The position numbers were made by a program, and so were the translations under genes. From contig NC_007614.1 in the NCBI RefSeq assembly GCF_000196355.1, forward strand, positions 1,590,001 through 1,622,000: a stretch of 32,000 nt of DNA, read 5' to 3'. Positions 7,609 through 16,902 of the stretch are shown here, piece after piece. The notes under the pieces are model-generated. The model ran no database searches. It saw only the letters and a list, made by a program, of their open reading frames with translations, and was not told where the DNA came from. Numbering within the stretch: position 1 is the first letter of the stretch; every line of letters starts with the position of its first letter. This stretch comes from Nitrosospira multiformis ATCC 25196 (lineage in GTDB: Bacteria; Pseudomonadota; Gammaproteobacteria; Burkholderiales; Nitrosomonadaceae).

Positions 7609-9714
7609 ATGAAAATCTGGCCAGGCACTCCCTACCCCCTTGGTGCGACATACGATGGAGCGGGAACCAATTTCTCCCTGTTTTCCGAGGCGGCGGAACG
7701 CGTCGAACTATGCCTGTTCGATGAAGCCGGTCGTGAAACCAGGGTGAATTTGCCCGAGGTGACAGGATACTGCTGGCACGGCTACCTGCCGGGCGTAGAG
7801 CCTGGACAGCGTTACGGTTTTCGGGTGCATGGGCCGTGGTCCCCGGAGCAAGGTAATCGCTGTAATTCCGCGAAGCTGCTGCTCGATCCGTATGCAAAAG
7901 GGATCGATGGCGACATTACCTGGGATGAAGCTGTATTCCCCTATCTTTTCGATGACCGCGATGCACGGAATGACAAGGATAGCGCGCCTTTCATGCCCCG
8001 CAGCATCGTTCATCAGCCGTTTTTCGATTGGTCCGGCGATCGTCAACTCCAGCGCCCCTGGCACGAAACAGTCATTTATGAGTTGCATGTCAAGGGCTTC
8101 ACCGCACAGCATCCCGACATACCCCCTGAACTGCGGGGCACTTATGCGGGGCTCGCACACTCTGCCTCTATCGATTATCTGAAACAGCTTGGGGTCACGG
8201 CTGTCGAGCTGTTGCCAGTGCACTACTTTGTGCAGGACAAACATCTCCTGGATCAGGGTTTGCGCAACTACTGGGGTTATAACTCCATTGCCTATTTTGC
8301 TCCCCATAGCGCCTACGCCGCGGACAAGCGTCCGGGAGCCGCAAGCGCCGAATTCAAGCAAATGGTCAAGGCCCTGCATCAAGCCGACATAGAAGTTATC
8401 CTCGATGTGGTGTACAACCATACTGCGGAAGGCAACGATCTCGGGCCGGTGTTATGCCTGAAGGGAATCGACAACGCCTATTATTACCAGCTCATGGAAG
8501 ATCGGCGCTACTACAGGGATTACACAGGCACAGGCAACTGCCTCAATATGAGGCAACCGCATGTGCTGCAACTGATCATGGATTCGCTTCGCTATTGGGT
8601 TCTGGAAATGCACGTCGATGGCTTCCGCTTCGATCTCGCATCCGCGCTCGCACGCGAACTCCATGAAGTGCAAATGCTGAATGCATTTTTCAACATTATC
8701 CAGCAGGATCCTGTTACAAATCAGGTCAAGCTGATCGCGGAACCCTGGGACCTGGGGGAAGGCGGTTACCAAGTGGGGAAATTCCCGTCAGGCTGGTCTG
8801 AATGGAACGGCAAGTACCGGGACTGTATCCGCAATTTCTGGCGCACCCAGGAACCTACTTTAAGTGAATTCGCTTATCGCTTTACCGGAAGCTCAGACCT
8901 TTACGAGGGGAATTCGCGTCATCCTTTTGCAAGCATCAATTTTGTCACCTCGCACGACGGTTTCACATTGCGGGATCTTGTCTCCTATAACGAAAAACAC
9001 AACCTGGCCAATGGCGAGGACAACAGGGATGGCACTGACGACAACCGTTCCTGGAACTGCGGTGTCGAAGGGCCTACGGATGACATGGAAGTGCTTACGC
9101 TTCGCGCCCGGCAGCAGCGCAATTTTCTGGCTACCCTGGTATTGTCTCAGGGCGTGCCCATGTTGCTGGCAGGGGATGAATTGGGTCGCACCCAGCAGGG
9201 AAACAATAATGCGTACTGCCAGGACAACGAAATTTCCTGGGTGGATTGGGGGAAGGTGGATACCGGTTTACAGGAATTCACCAGACGCCTTGCTCGCTTC
9301 CGCCGTGATCACCCGGTCTTCCGCCGACGCCGGTGGTTTCAGGGGCAACCCATTCACGGTGGGGGCCAGGACGATATTGCGTGGTTCAATTACATGGGAG
9401 AACAGGCGAGCGAGGAATTATGGGGGAATGGGGGAATTCAAAGCCTGGGAATTTTTCTCAACGGAGACAGTTTCCCGAATCCCAATGCTCGAGGGGAGCC
9501 GGTAAAGGATGACAGCTTCTACCTGATTTTCAACGCACATTTCGAGCCGATCGATTTCGTCCTGCCCCCCAACCACTGGGGGCTACGCTGGTTGAGAATA
9601 CTCGACACCAACGAGGGCTGGGTAGAGAATGCAGCGGATCAGCCCGGGCTCGAAGCCGGATCCGCTTTGTCAGTCGCCGCCCGGTCACTGGTGCTTTTGC
9701 AGCGGCAGGCATGA
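7609..9714 (+). CDS. glgX: Glycogen/isoamylase-type debranching enzyme
   Basis: 701 aa. PGTPYPLGATYDGAGTNFSLFSEAAERVELCLFD N-terminus, YWGYNSI, VDGFRFDLASAL, LIAEPWDLG, NFVTSHDGFTLRDLVSYNEKHN. GH13 catalytic motifs intact. Confidence 0.95.
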   Translation: MKIWPGTPYPLGATYDGAGTNFSLFSEAAERVELCLFDEAGRETRVNLPEVTGYCWHGYLPGVEPGQRYGFRVHGPWSPEQGNRCNSAKLLLDPYAKGIDGDITWDEAVFPYLFDDRDARNDKDSAPFMPRSIVHQPFFDWSGDRQLQRPWHETVIYELHVKGFTAQHPDIPPELRGTYAGLAHSASIDYLKQLGVTAVELLPVHYFVQDKHLLDQGLRNYWGYNSIAYFAPHSAYAADKRPGAASAEFKQMVKALHQADIEVILDVVYNHTAEGNDLGPVLCLKGIDNAYYYQLMEDRRYYRDYTGTGNCLNMRQPHVLQLIMDSLRYWVLEMHVDGFRFDLASALARELHEVQMLNAFFNIIQQDPVTNQVKLIAEPWDLGEGGYQVGKFPSGWSEWNGKYRDCIRNFWRTQEPTLSEFAYRFTGSSDLYEGNSRHPFASINFVTSHDGFTLRDLVSYNEKHNLANGEDNRDGTDDNRSWNCGVEGPTDDMEVLTLRARQQRNFLATLVLSQGVPMLLAGDELGRTQQGNNNAYCQDNEISWVDWGKVDTGLQEFTRRLARFRRDHPVFRRRRWFQGQPIHGGGQDDIAWFNYMGEQASEELWGNGGIQSLGIFLNGDSFPNPNARGEPVKDDSFYLIFNAHFEPIDFVLPPNHWGLRWLRILDTNEGWVENAADQPGLEAGSALSVAARSLVLLQRQA

Positions 9715-9754
9715 AACCCTCTCATCAGGATGAGCCTCTGCAAATATCCCCGCT

Positions 9755-12700
9755 TCATCCCGTTGTCTGCTCGAAAGGGGATAGCAACGCATAAGGAAAC
9801 GTCCCGAAAAGGTGAGCCAACCCAAACTTCCCACATGCCTCCTCCGTCCTCTGGGTGGCAAGAATCTCGCCAGTCAACACATTGATCCACTTCTCGCGCA
9901 ACTCGTCTGAAGGCAGTTCCACCCAGGTGTCGGTCCAGATGGATTTGCCGACTGGGAACCTGTGTTGTTCTCCGATGAGCTTACCGAGCAATCGCGGTAC
10001 GGCAACGACAATAATTTCATTTTCCCGGCGCCGTGCAAACACGCATACATGTTCGCTGCAGTCTCCATGCGCTTTTAGCGGCAGGTAGTCGCCGTCGCGG
10101 AAAAGCTGTTCGTGCTCGCGGCGGAACGTGAGCGCTTTCCAGGTCAGATAGAGCTTGATCCTGCCGTCCCGCAGGTTCTCCATCAGATGCTGGGCGCATG
10201 CCCCGGGACCTTCTTCAGCATGCATCGAGCGGATGGCCTGCAAGGACCTGCGACGCGCCGTGTAGTCCACAGGACGCCTGTTGTCCGGGTCCACGAGGCT
10301 GAAATCCCAGGTTTCATTGCCCTGGTAGATGTCTGGTACTCCCGGTGAGGTCAGTTTGAGTAACACTTGTGACAAGCTGTTGAAGGCACCCACCCATGCA
10401 ACCCGCTGCTGGAAAGGCAGAAAGTCGCGCAGGAACAGATTGGTGGGCTGCTCGGAGAGAAGTGCATGCACGAAGTCCTGCATTGCTGCCTCATATTCGC
10501 TATCAGGGTTGATCCAGGAACTGTTCACCTTCGCTTCTCGCGCGGCCTTGCGCATATAGGCAACTACGCGGTCGGACAGGTTTGCCAATTCCTCGGCATG
10601 CGGTGTGTCGAAAGGCCATATGCCCAGCAATATCTGGTATAGCAGGTACTCGTCATTCCGGCTCGGCGCATAAGTGTTGTCCAGCTCCCAACGGCTGCTG
10701 CGATTGAGCCTGTTCCATCGTTTAAGAGCCTGTGCCCACTGATCGGGTATTTCGGAGAGAACGCTTATGCGCGCCCGCACATCCTCCGACCGCTTGCTGT
10801 CGTGACTTGAAGTGGACAGCATGGCATGCGGCCAATGGCTCGCTCGCTCCTGATTCTCCCGGTGAAAGGCTGCGAGGGACACCCCGAACCGCTGCGGCTC
10901 GTTGCCGACCTCGTTGAGCGATACCAGCCGGTTGTATTGATAGAAGGTCGTATCCTCCATCGCTTTGGCCATTACCGGGCTGGTGTACTGCTGGAACTTC
11001 ATGGCAAAGGTGCATATGGCGTTCCTGTATGCTTCGGCTTGACCTTTGGCCTGCCGTCCCAGCAATACATCCCGCACGAAATCGAAGATGGTGGTATCAA
11101 CCGCCTGACTGCGCTTCTTGGCTACCTCAACCGCCCAGTCGGCGTAGCGGACATCATCAGCAGAACTTTCACAATCGGATACATAAGTACGATAGACAGG
11201 AAAATTGGCGACAACCTGGGCAAGTGCGCTGTGCTGACTGTTGAAGGTGAAATCGCATGTACGGCGGTCGCCCTTGGCGATACGTGCCAATTGTATTGCC
11301 AGTACCTGAAGCTCACCTGCCAGCGCACGATCCATGATCAGATGCTTGTTCGCCCGTATCATTGCATCGAGATCCGGACGTGCCCGGATAAAACGCTCAT
11401 AGATGCGGGTAAACTCCCCGGCGGCGTGGGTGTCGACAAAAAGACCGGTGCAAGCCGCGGCAAAGTCGTATCCCGTAGTGCCGTGGATGGACCAGGCCTT
11501 CGGAAGATGTTCATATGACGCAAGTATTTTCTCTGCGACGATATAGAGCGACTTGGCGCCGTCCTTCACCGTTCCCGGAAACAGTGCTGCCGCAGCCATC
11601 GCCTGCAAGCGCTCGAAGTATTCCTGGGGCGCGTATAAACCATCCGGATGATCGATGCGTAATCCGCTTACATAGCCGCGCGCGATCAGTTCACGAACCA
11701 GGCGGTGCGTGCTTTCGAATACTTCCGGGTTGTCCATGCGCAGCGCCGCCAGATCATTGATGTCGAAGAAGCGGCGGTAATTGATTTCGTCCGCTGCCGC
11801 ACGCCAGAAAGCCAGGCGATAGGCCTGGACGGCCAGCAGTTCATGTAGCAGATCGAAATTCCTGGGTTGCCCCGGTGCGTCACCGTTGAATAGAGTGATA
11901 TTTTCCTGGACGAACTGGGCGATGTCGGCGCTCTTCACGAACAGTGAAGCCAGATGGCGCTTGTGTATCTCCTTGTCGCGTACCCGCTCCGCGACCGCAT
12001 CGGGGGAAACGCGCTCTCGCAGCGGCAAATGGGTTAATGCCGTAATCAGGGACTGGAGTTCCAGAAACTCCGGGTGCTGCTCCCCCAGTCGCATCTCGAG
12101 CCTTCTCAGATCATGCCCAAGAATACGGGGATATTCACGCGGATCTACAGGAAACCTGTGCTCATGATAAAAAACACTGAAGGAGCCTTGTTCGATGTCG
12201 AACGCGAGTTTGAGCTCCCCGTTCTCCAGAACGGTGCCATAGTGATCGCCCAGAACAGGGAGCAGCACCTGGCCCGGCAGGTGCTCTCCCATCACGTACC
12301 AGTCGATGTCAAAATAGCTGGCAAAGCGGGATGCCGGACCGTTTTCCAGTACATCCAGCCACCATTCGTTATCAACGCCGGTGATGCACATGTGATTGGG
12401 CACCACATCCATGATCTGGCTCATTCCATGGCGCTTCAAGACAGCGGCAAACCGCTCAAAGTCGCGGGCGCTCGTGATCTCCGGATTGAGCCTGCCGTGG
12501 TCGGTTACGTCATAGCCATGGATGCTGCCGGGGCGCGCTTTGAGGAGGGGCGAAAGATAGCAATGACTGATGCCCAGCTCATCCAGGTATGGGATCAGTT
12601 CCGTTGCCTGCCTCAGATTGAAGTCCCGATTCAATTGCAAGCGGTAAGTTGCCCTGGGAATCTGCACTTGTACATCCTGCGCGACCTCACCCTCTGAGGA

Positions 12701-14947
12701 GGAGGGCGCTTGCGACAAGGGGCGTTCCCGGCGCAATGCCAGGATTATCCCCTGCAGCCAGGCGCTTCCCTGCCACTCCTCCAGATTGAGGGGCAGTTTG
12801 AGACGCCAGGATGGATAAGTGTCTCCTGTCGCCCCGGGCAGATTCGGTTGCTCAAGTACTCCGAAGCCATCTTCGAGCTGCAGCAGCAGAAGTTTGGACG
12901 GTGCACGGGCCAGATAGGTGTACACTGCTGCGGCGAGTTCCGCCGTCATCTCTGGAAAGCCGACCTGATGAAGTCCTCCTCTCGACGGCAATACGCCTTC
13001 CCCTTCCAATGCCACCAGGAGCTGTGCACGGTCTGCCGCTCGCTCCACGATTTGCCTGTTCCGCATCTCATCTTCGGGAAACAGATGGTGACGATCGCGC
13101 AAATCAATATCGAGCCCTTGCCAGAATCCTGCCAGAGTCGGAAGGTCATGGGTTGTTACCGCCACTACGGCATTTGCCGGGTACGCCTGCGGTGGCTTCA
13201 ATCGTCCGCCATCAACCCGCTCGAAATATAATAACCGTGTGGACATCACGTTTGCGGGATGCAAGGCTTCACGTACTTCAGGGGGTACTGTACCCAAATC
13301 TTCACCTATCACCAGGCAGCGGTTGCGCTGGCTCTCCAGTGCCAATATGCTCAGCATATCTTCAAAGGGATAGCGTATGTAGGCCCCCTCCGTTGCAGGC
13401 AGCCCCCGCACCACCCAGAACAGGCGGCGCAGGCCCATTACGTGATCTATGCGCAGTGAACCGCTGTCGCGCATGTTGGCGCGCAGCACTTCAATGAAAG
13501 GCGCATAAGCGGATGAAGTAAGCTGGTGAGGAATCCAGGGCGGCAAGCCCCAATTCTGCCCCAGACGGTTGAAGTCATCGGGTGGCGCCCCTGCACTGGC
13601 TTCAAGTGCATAGAGTTCACGGCGGGACCACGTTGCCCCGCCCCCTTCCGCTACCCCGATCGCCAGATCGAACATTAGACCAATATTGAGTCCTACTTCC
13701 CATGAGCGTGTGCCCACTGAGCCCAGTTGCAGGGAAACCTGCCACTGCAGGTATTCGAAATATTCCACGCGCTCGAGATGAGCTTCGCGGAACGCGGTCA
13801 CTTCCGGAGCTTCGGGATCGCGGTATGCTTCGGGCCACACCCGCCACCCCCATACAGAGCTATCCTCTGCCCGGAAATATTCCTGAAGCGCCTCGAACAG
13901 TGCCTGCTTGCGAAGAACCTCGCCGTGCTCAGCCTGGAAAGCACGAAAAACACGAGCGCGATCGGTATTTCGCGCCAGATGGGTATTACGGAAATACCGG
14001 TAAAGGGAGACGAGAACCTCCGATTTTGCCTCCGCAACGCCTCTGTAATCCACCTGTTCGGTAGCACGAAGCGCGCGCAGCCGCGCCTGGAATTCCGGCG
14101 CGAGCACTATCGAACGTGCTTCCTCGCATTCCGCAAACTCGGGTATGGCTTCCACATCCAGATAAAGCGGGTTGAACCAGGTGCGGCTGGAGGGGCTGTA
14201 GGGACTGGTGTGTTCCGGAGCATCGGGAAATAACGCATGAAGCGGGTTGAGCAGGAGCGTGCTTCCCCCTGCGCTGGCATAGAATTCGACCAGGCGCCGA
14301 AGATCGCTGAAATCCCCGATGCCATAATTGCGCTGGGAACGAATCCCATATAACTGGAGGGCAGGGCCCCACACCCGCCTCGGACCTTCGAGACCGGGCG
14401 GCCAATAACAGGTGGCAGGAGCCATGATAAACGGCATTTCAGCCAGAGCGAGGCCATCGCTCTTTTCGATGAAAAGCCGGTGATACCCTGGTTCCACAGA
14501 GAGATCCAGCACCAGAATCCGCCGCACGAATTCCTGCTCACCAGGATCATCGAAACTGCCGAAATTGCCAGGAGCGGTGAAGCGATAACGCTCGACCTCC
14601 TCCAGGGCATCAGGAATAAATTCGTCGTGGTCTTCGGTCCCGGATTCCCTGCACAAGCGCCAGCGATAGCGCCCTTTGCCCTCGAGGGCCGGTAGTGCGA
14701 CTGCAATACGATAGGGTCGCATCCACTCCCGCACCACTTGTACGGGTGGCAACACATGCTCCCATTTGCGCCTTATAAAAATGTGCAGGGACGCTGAAAT
14801 TTCCTCTTCGGTGGCCGCTGCAACCCCCATTGCCCCGAGTAGAGCGCGCTTTGCGTCCTGTGAAGTGTAGCGGGTATTTCCCCAGATATCGCTGTAGCAG
14901 GGCAGCACGCCATATAATTCGCACAGCTGGTCAAGCGGATTGCTCAT
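9755..14947 (-). CDS. Fusion protein: N-terminal 4-alpha-glucanotransferase (MalQ) plus C-terminal malto-oligosyltrehalose synthase (TreY)
   Basis: Single 1730-aa ORF. MalQ half: GDFSDLRRLVEFYASAGGSTLLLNPLHALFP, SLRIDHVMGLRRLFWV, VIGEDLGTVPPEVRE, VTTHDLPTLAGFWQG. TreY half starts near 12.66 kb: RATYRLQLNRDFNLRQATELIPYLDELGISHCYLSPLLKARPGSIHGYDV, MDVVPNHM, GLRIDHPDGLYAP, HGTTGYDF, SSHDSKRSEDVRARI, PGVPDIYQGNE. Confidence 0.95.
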   Translation of the reverse strand: MSNPLDQLCELYGVLPCYSDIWGNTRYTSQDAKRALLGAMGVAAATEEEISASLHIFIRRKWEHVLPPVQVVREWMRPYRIAVALPALEGKGRYRWRLCRESGTEDHDEFIPDALEEVERYRFTAPGNFGSFDDPGEQEFVRRILVLDLSVEPGYHRLFIEKSDGLALAEMPFIMAPATCYWPPGLEGPRRVWGPALQLYGIRSQRNYGIGDFSDLRRLVEFYASAGGSTLLLNPLHALFPDAPEHTSPYSPSSRTWFNPLYLDVEAIPEFAECEEARSIVLAPEFQARLRALRATEQVDYRGVAEAKSEVLVSLYRYFRNTHLARNTDRARVFRAFQAEHGEVLRKQALFEALQEYFRAEDSSVWGWRVWPEAYRDPEAPEVTAFREAHLERVEYFEYLQWQVSLQLGSVGTRSWEVGLNIGLMFDLAIGVAEGGGATWSRRELYALEASAGAPPDDFNRLGQNWGLPPWIPHQLTSSAYAPFIEVLRANMRDSGSLRIDHVMGLRRLFWVVRGLPATEGAYIRYPFEDMLSILALESQRNRCLVIGEDLGTVPPEVREALHPANVMSTRLLYFERVDGGRLKPPQAYPANAVVAVTTHDLPTLAGFWQGLDIDLRDRHHLFPEDEMRNRQIVERAADRAQLLVALEGEGVLPSRGGLHQVGFPEMTAELAAAVYTYLARAPSKLLLLQLEDGFGVLEQPNLPGATGDTYPSWRLKLPLNLEEWQGSAWLQGIILALRRERPLSQAPSSSEGEVAQDVQVQIPRATYRLQLNRDFNLRQATELIPYLDELGISHCYLSPLLKARPGSIHGYDVTDHGRLNPEITSARDFERFAAVLKRHGMSQIMDVVPNHMCITGVDNEWWLDVLENGPASRFASYFDIDWYVMGEHLPGQVLLPVLGDHYGTVLENGELKLAFDIEQGSFSVFYHEHRFPVDPREYPRILGHDLRRLEMRLGEQHPEFLELQSLITALTHLPLRERVSPDAVAERVRDKEIHKRHLASLFVKSADIAQFVQENITLFNGDAPGQPRNFDLLHELLAVQAYRLAFWRAAADEINYRRFFDINDLAALRMDNPEVFESTHRLVRELIARGYVSGLRIDHPDGLYAPQEYFERLQAMAAAALFPGTVKDGAKSLYIVAEKILASYEHLPKAWSIHGTTGYDFAAACTGLFVDTHAAGEFTRIYERFIRARPDLDAMIRANKHLIMDRALAGELQVLAIQLARIAKGDRRTCDFTFNSQHSALAQVVANFPVYRTYVSDCESSADDVRYADWAVEVAKKRSQAVDTTIFDFVRDVLLGRQAKGQAEAYRNAICTFAMKFQQYTSPVMAKAMEDTTFYQYNRLVSLNEVGNEPQRFGVSLAAFHRENQERASHWPHAMLSTSSHDSKRSEDVRARISVLSEIPDQWAQALKRWNRLNRSSRWELDNTYAPSRNDEYLLYQILLGIWPFDTPHAEELANLSDRVVAYMRKAAREAKVNSSWINPDSEYEAAMQDFVHALLSEQPTNLFLRDFLPFQQRVAWVGAFNSLSQVLLKLTSPGVPDIYQGNETWDFSLVDPDNRRPVDYTARRRSLQAIRSMHAEEGPGACAQHLMENLRDGRIKLYLTWKALTFRREHEQLFRDGDYLPLKAHGDCSEHVCVFARRRENEIIVVAVPRLLGKLIGEQHRFPVGKSIWTDTWVELPSDELREKWINVLTGEILATQRTEEACGKFGLAHLFGTFPYALLSPFEQTTG

Positions 14948-15002
14948 GCTTCTCCCTCGAATATTTCCTTGTGCTTTCCCTTCATTTCAGTTTCGGCGGT
15001 TG

Positions 15003-16880
15003 TTATCCGGTAAAACTGCCTTTACTTTTATCGGCAGCCGGTTCAAGCATCCAGACTACCGAACGAGGCGCCAGCATACTTTTCACCGGGATACTTTTGG
15101 TTGTTCGGGAAGATGGGGGTATTGCACCGGGTGAGGCAAACACGATCTGCCCGCCGAACCGGGGAGCCGCCACGCTCTCGTCGGAAAAATTCGCCAATAG
15201 CCGCAAGGTGGAATCGTCGCCCAACTGCCAGCAGACCCACAGGCATTTAGGCGCGAATACCTCAAAATGTGCCGAATTACCCTTCATTCCGCGAAGGCGC
15301 GGTACGATAATTTCGCTGCGAAGTTTCATAAGGTTGCGGTAATACTCCAGCCAGGCAAAGTGAGCTTCATTCCTGAGTAAATCCCAATCGATTTTCGAGA
15401 TAAGAAAAGTCTGAACAGCATTCGGGTCCGGTATCGCTGTCTCGTCCATGTCTTGCGTAAAATGCGCAAAGCGGGCAAATTCCCTGCGTCGCCCCTGTGT
15501 CACAGCTTCGCGCAGCTCCGGTCCGAAGTCGCAGAAAAACAGGAAAGGCGATTTTGCGGCAAACTCCTCGCCCATGAACAGCATGGGAATGCCGGGAGCC
15601 AGCAAATAGATGGCTGCCGCCATACGTGTCAACGCTTCCTCGCCAATATGACTAATACGCTCGCCAAATGCACGGTTGCCCGCCTGGTCGTGGGATTGCA
15701 GAAAGGAAATGAAAGCCTGGGGCGGCAGATGAATGCTCGCCTCTCCACGCGCCATATCGTCGCGATAAACGGATATCTCTCCCTGATAGGCAAACCCTTC
15801 CGCCAGGCAGCGCCCGAGATGGCGTACCGGATTGTCGGCATAATCCACATAGTATCCATCGCCCTCCTGTGTAGAAAGCACATGCAGAGCGTGGTGAATA
15901 TCGTCGTTCCACTGCGCGTCGTACCAACTATTTGTCAGATAGCGGGCATTGTTGGCATCGTTTTCCAGGATCAGATGCACGTGGCGCTCTGTACCGACCT
16001 CGGCACGAACACGCTCCGCCAGTTCGACAAGGATGTGCGGACTGGAATGGTCGATGATCGCGTGGACTGCATCGAGCCGCAGGCCGTCGAAATGATACTC
16101 TTGCAGCCAATACAACGCGTTGTGGATGAAAAACTCGCGTACCCGTCCACTTGCGGGGCCATCGAAATTTATTGCCGCACCCCACGGAGTGTGATGGCGC
16201 CCAGTAAAGAATTCCTTTGCATAAAGGTGAAGATAGTTTCCTTCCGGCCCGAAGTGATTGTAGACGACATCGAGCAGAATCATCAGTCCCCGTTCATGCG
16301 CGGCCTGAACCAGTTCCTTGAGATCCTCCGGACGTCCGTAACGGCTATCCGGCGCGTAAAGCAGAACGCCGTCATAGCCCCAGTTTCGTGAGCCCGGAAA
16401 ATCGGCAACCGGCATGAGCTCAATGGCGGTCACACCGAGTTCGACCAGATAGTCCAGTCTCTGGGAGACGCCCTTGAAGGTTCCTTCGGGCGAGAACGTG
16501 CCTACATGCAGCTCATAGATGACGGCTTCTTCCCATGGCCGTCCACGCCATTTCGCATCCTGCCAGGCGAAGGCCGAAGGATCGATCACCTCACTTAAAC
16601 CATGCACATCATCCGGATTGAAGCGCGAAGCGGGATCGGGCACGCGGGCACCGTTCACATCGAACCCATAGCGTATTCCCGCTCCCGCTTCCGCTACAGT
16701 CGACTCGAACCATCCTCCTGCGCGGGGAGTCATGGGGAGTGCCCGTTCGGGCTTCTCATTCGTCCGTCCGTCTGCAAGGCACAATCCCACCTGTTTGCAA
16801 CCAGGCGCCCAAAGACGGAAGCGCACTCCGTGGTCCGTGATTTGAGTGCCATAAGGCATGTCGTGAAGTCGTGTCAGCAC
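15003..16880 (-). CDS. treZ: Malto-oligosyltrehalose trehalohydrolase
   Basis: GVRFRLWAPGCKQVGL, VIYELHVGTFSPEGTFKGVSQRLDYLVELGVTAIELMPVADFPGSRNWGYDGVLLYAPDSRYGRPEDLK, YHFDGLRLDAVHAI, LILENDANNARYL, SHDQAGNRAFGERI. Confidence 0.95.
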   Translation of the reverse strand: MLTRLHDMPYGTQITDHGVRFRLWAPGCKQVGLCLADGRTNEKPERALPMTPRAGGWFESTVAEAGAGIRYGFDVNGARVPDPASRFNPDDVHGLSEVIDPSAFAWQDAKWRGRPWEEAVIYELHVGTFSPEGTFKGVSQRLDYLVELGVTAIELMPVADFPGSRNWGYDGVLLYAPDSRYGRPEDLKELVQAAHERGLMILLDVVYNHFGPEGNYLHLYAKEFFTGRHHTPWGAAINFDGPASGRVREFFIHNALYWLQEYHFDGLRLDAVHAIIDHSSPHILVELAERVRAEVGTERHVHLILENDANNARYLTNSWYDAQWNDDIHHALHVLSTQEGDGYYVDYADNPVRHLGRCLAEGFAYQGEISVYRDDMARGEASIHLPPQAFISFLQSHDQAGNRAFGERISHIGEEALTRMAAAIYLLAPGIPMLFMGEEFAAKSPFLFFCDFGPELREAVTQGRRREFARFAHFTQDMDETAIPDPNAVQTFLISKIDWDLLRNEAHFAWLEYYRNLMKLRSEIIVPRLRGMKGNSAHFEVFAPKCLWVCWQLGDDSTLRLLANFSDESVAAPRFGGQIVFASPGAIPPSSRTTKSIPVKSMLAPRSVVWMLEPAADKSKGSFTG

Positions 16881-16902
16881 GCCTTTCCCTCTTCCCTTTG
16901 TT

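Noticed and set aside
7708-8421. 237-aa minus-strand ORF opposite glgX
   Set aside because: glgX on + is unequivocal. The antisense ORF lacks domain evidence.
9715-9754. CTCATC-AG-GATGAG inverted repeat between convergent glgX and malQ-treY, considered as a bidirectional terminator
   Set aside because: Only 6-bp arms, no flanking T-tract. Too weak to call.
10826-13497. Long plus-strand ORFs opposite malQ-treY (10826..11518, 12074..12697, 12811..13497)
   Set aside because: Antisense to a 1730-codon ORF with intact enzyme motifs on both halves. No recognisable domains.
15453-16391. 312-aa plus-strand ORF opposite treZ
   Set aside because: Antisense shadow. Its translation mirrors conserved treZ codons and has no domain signature.
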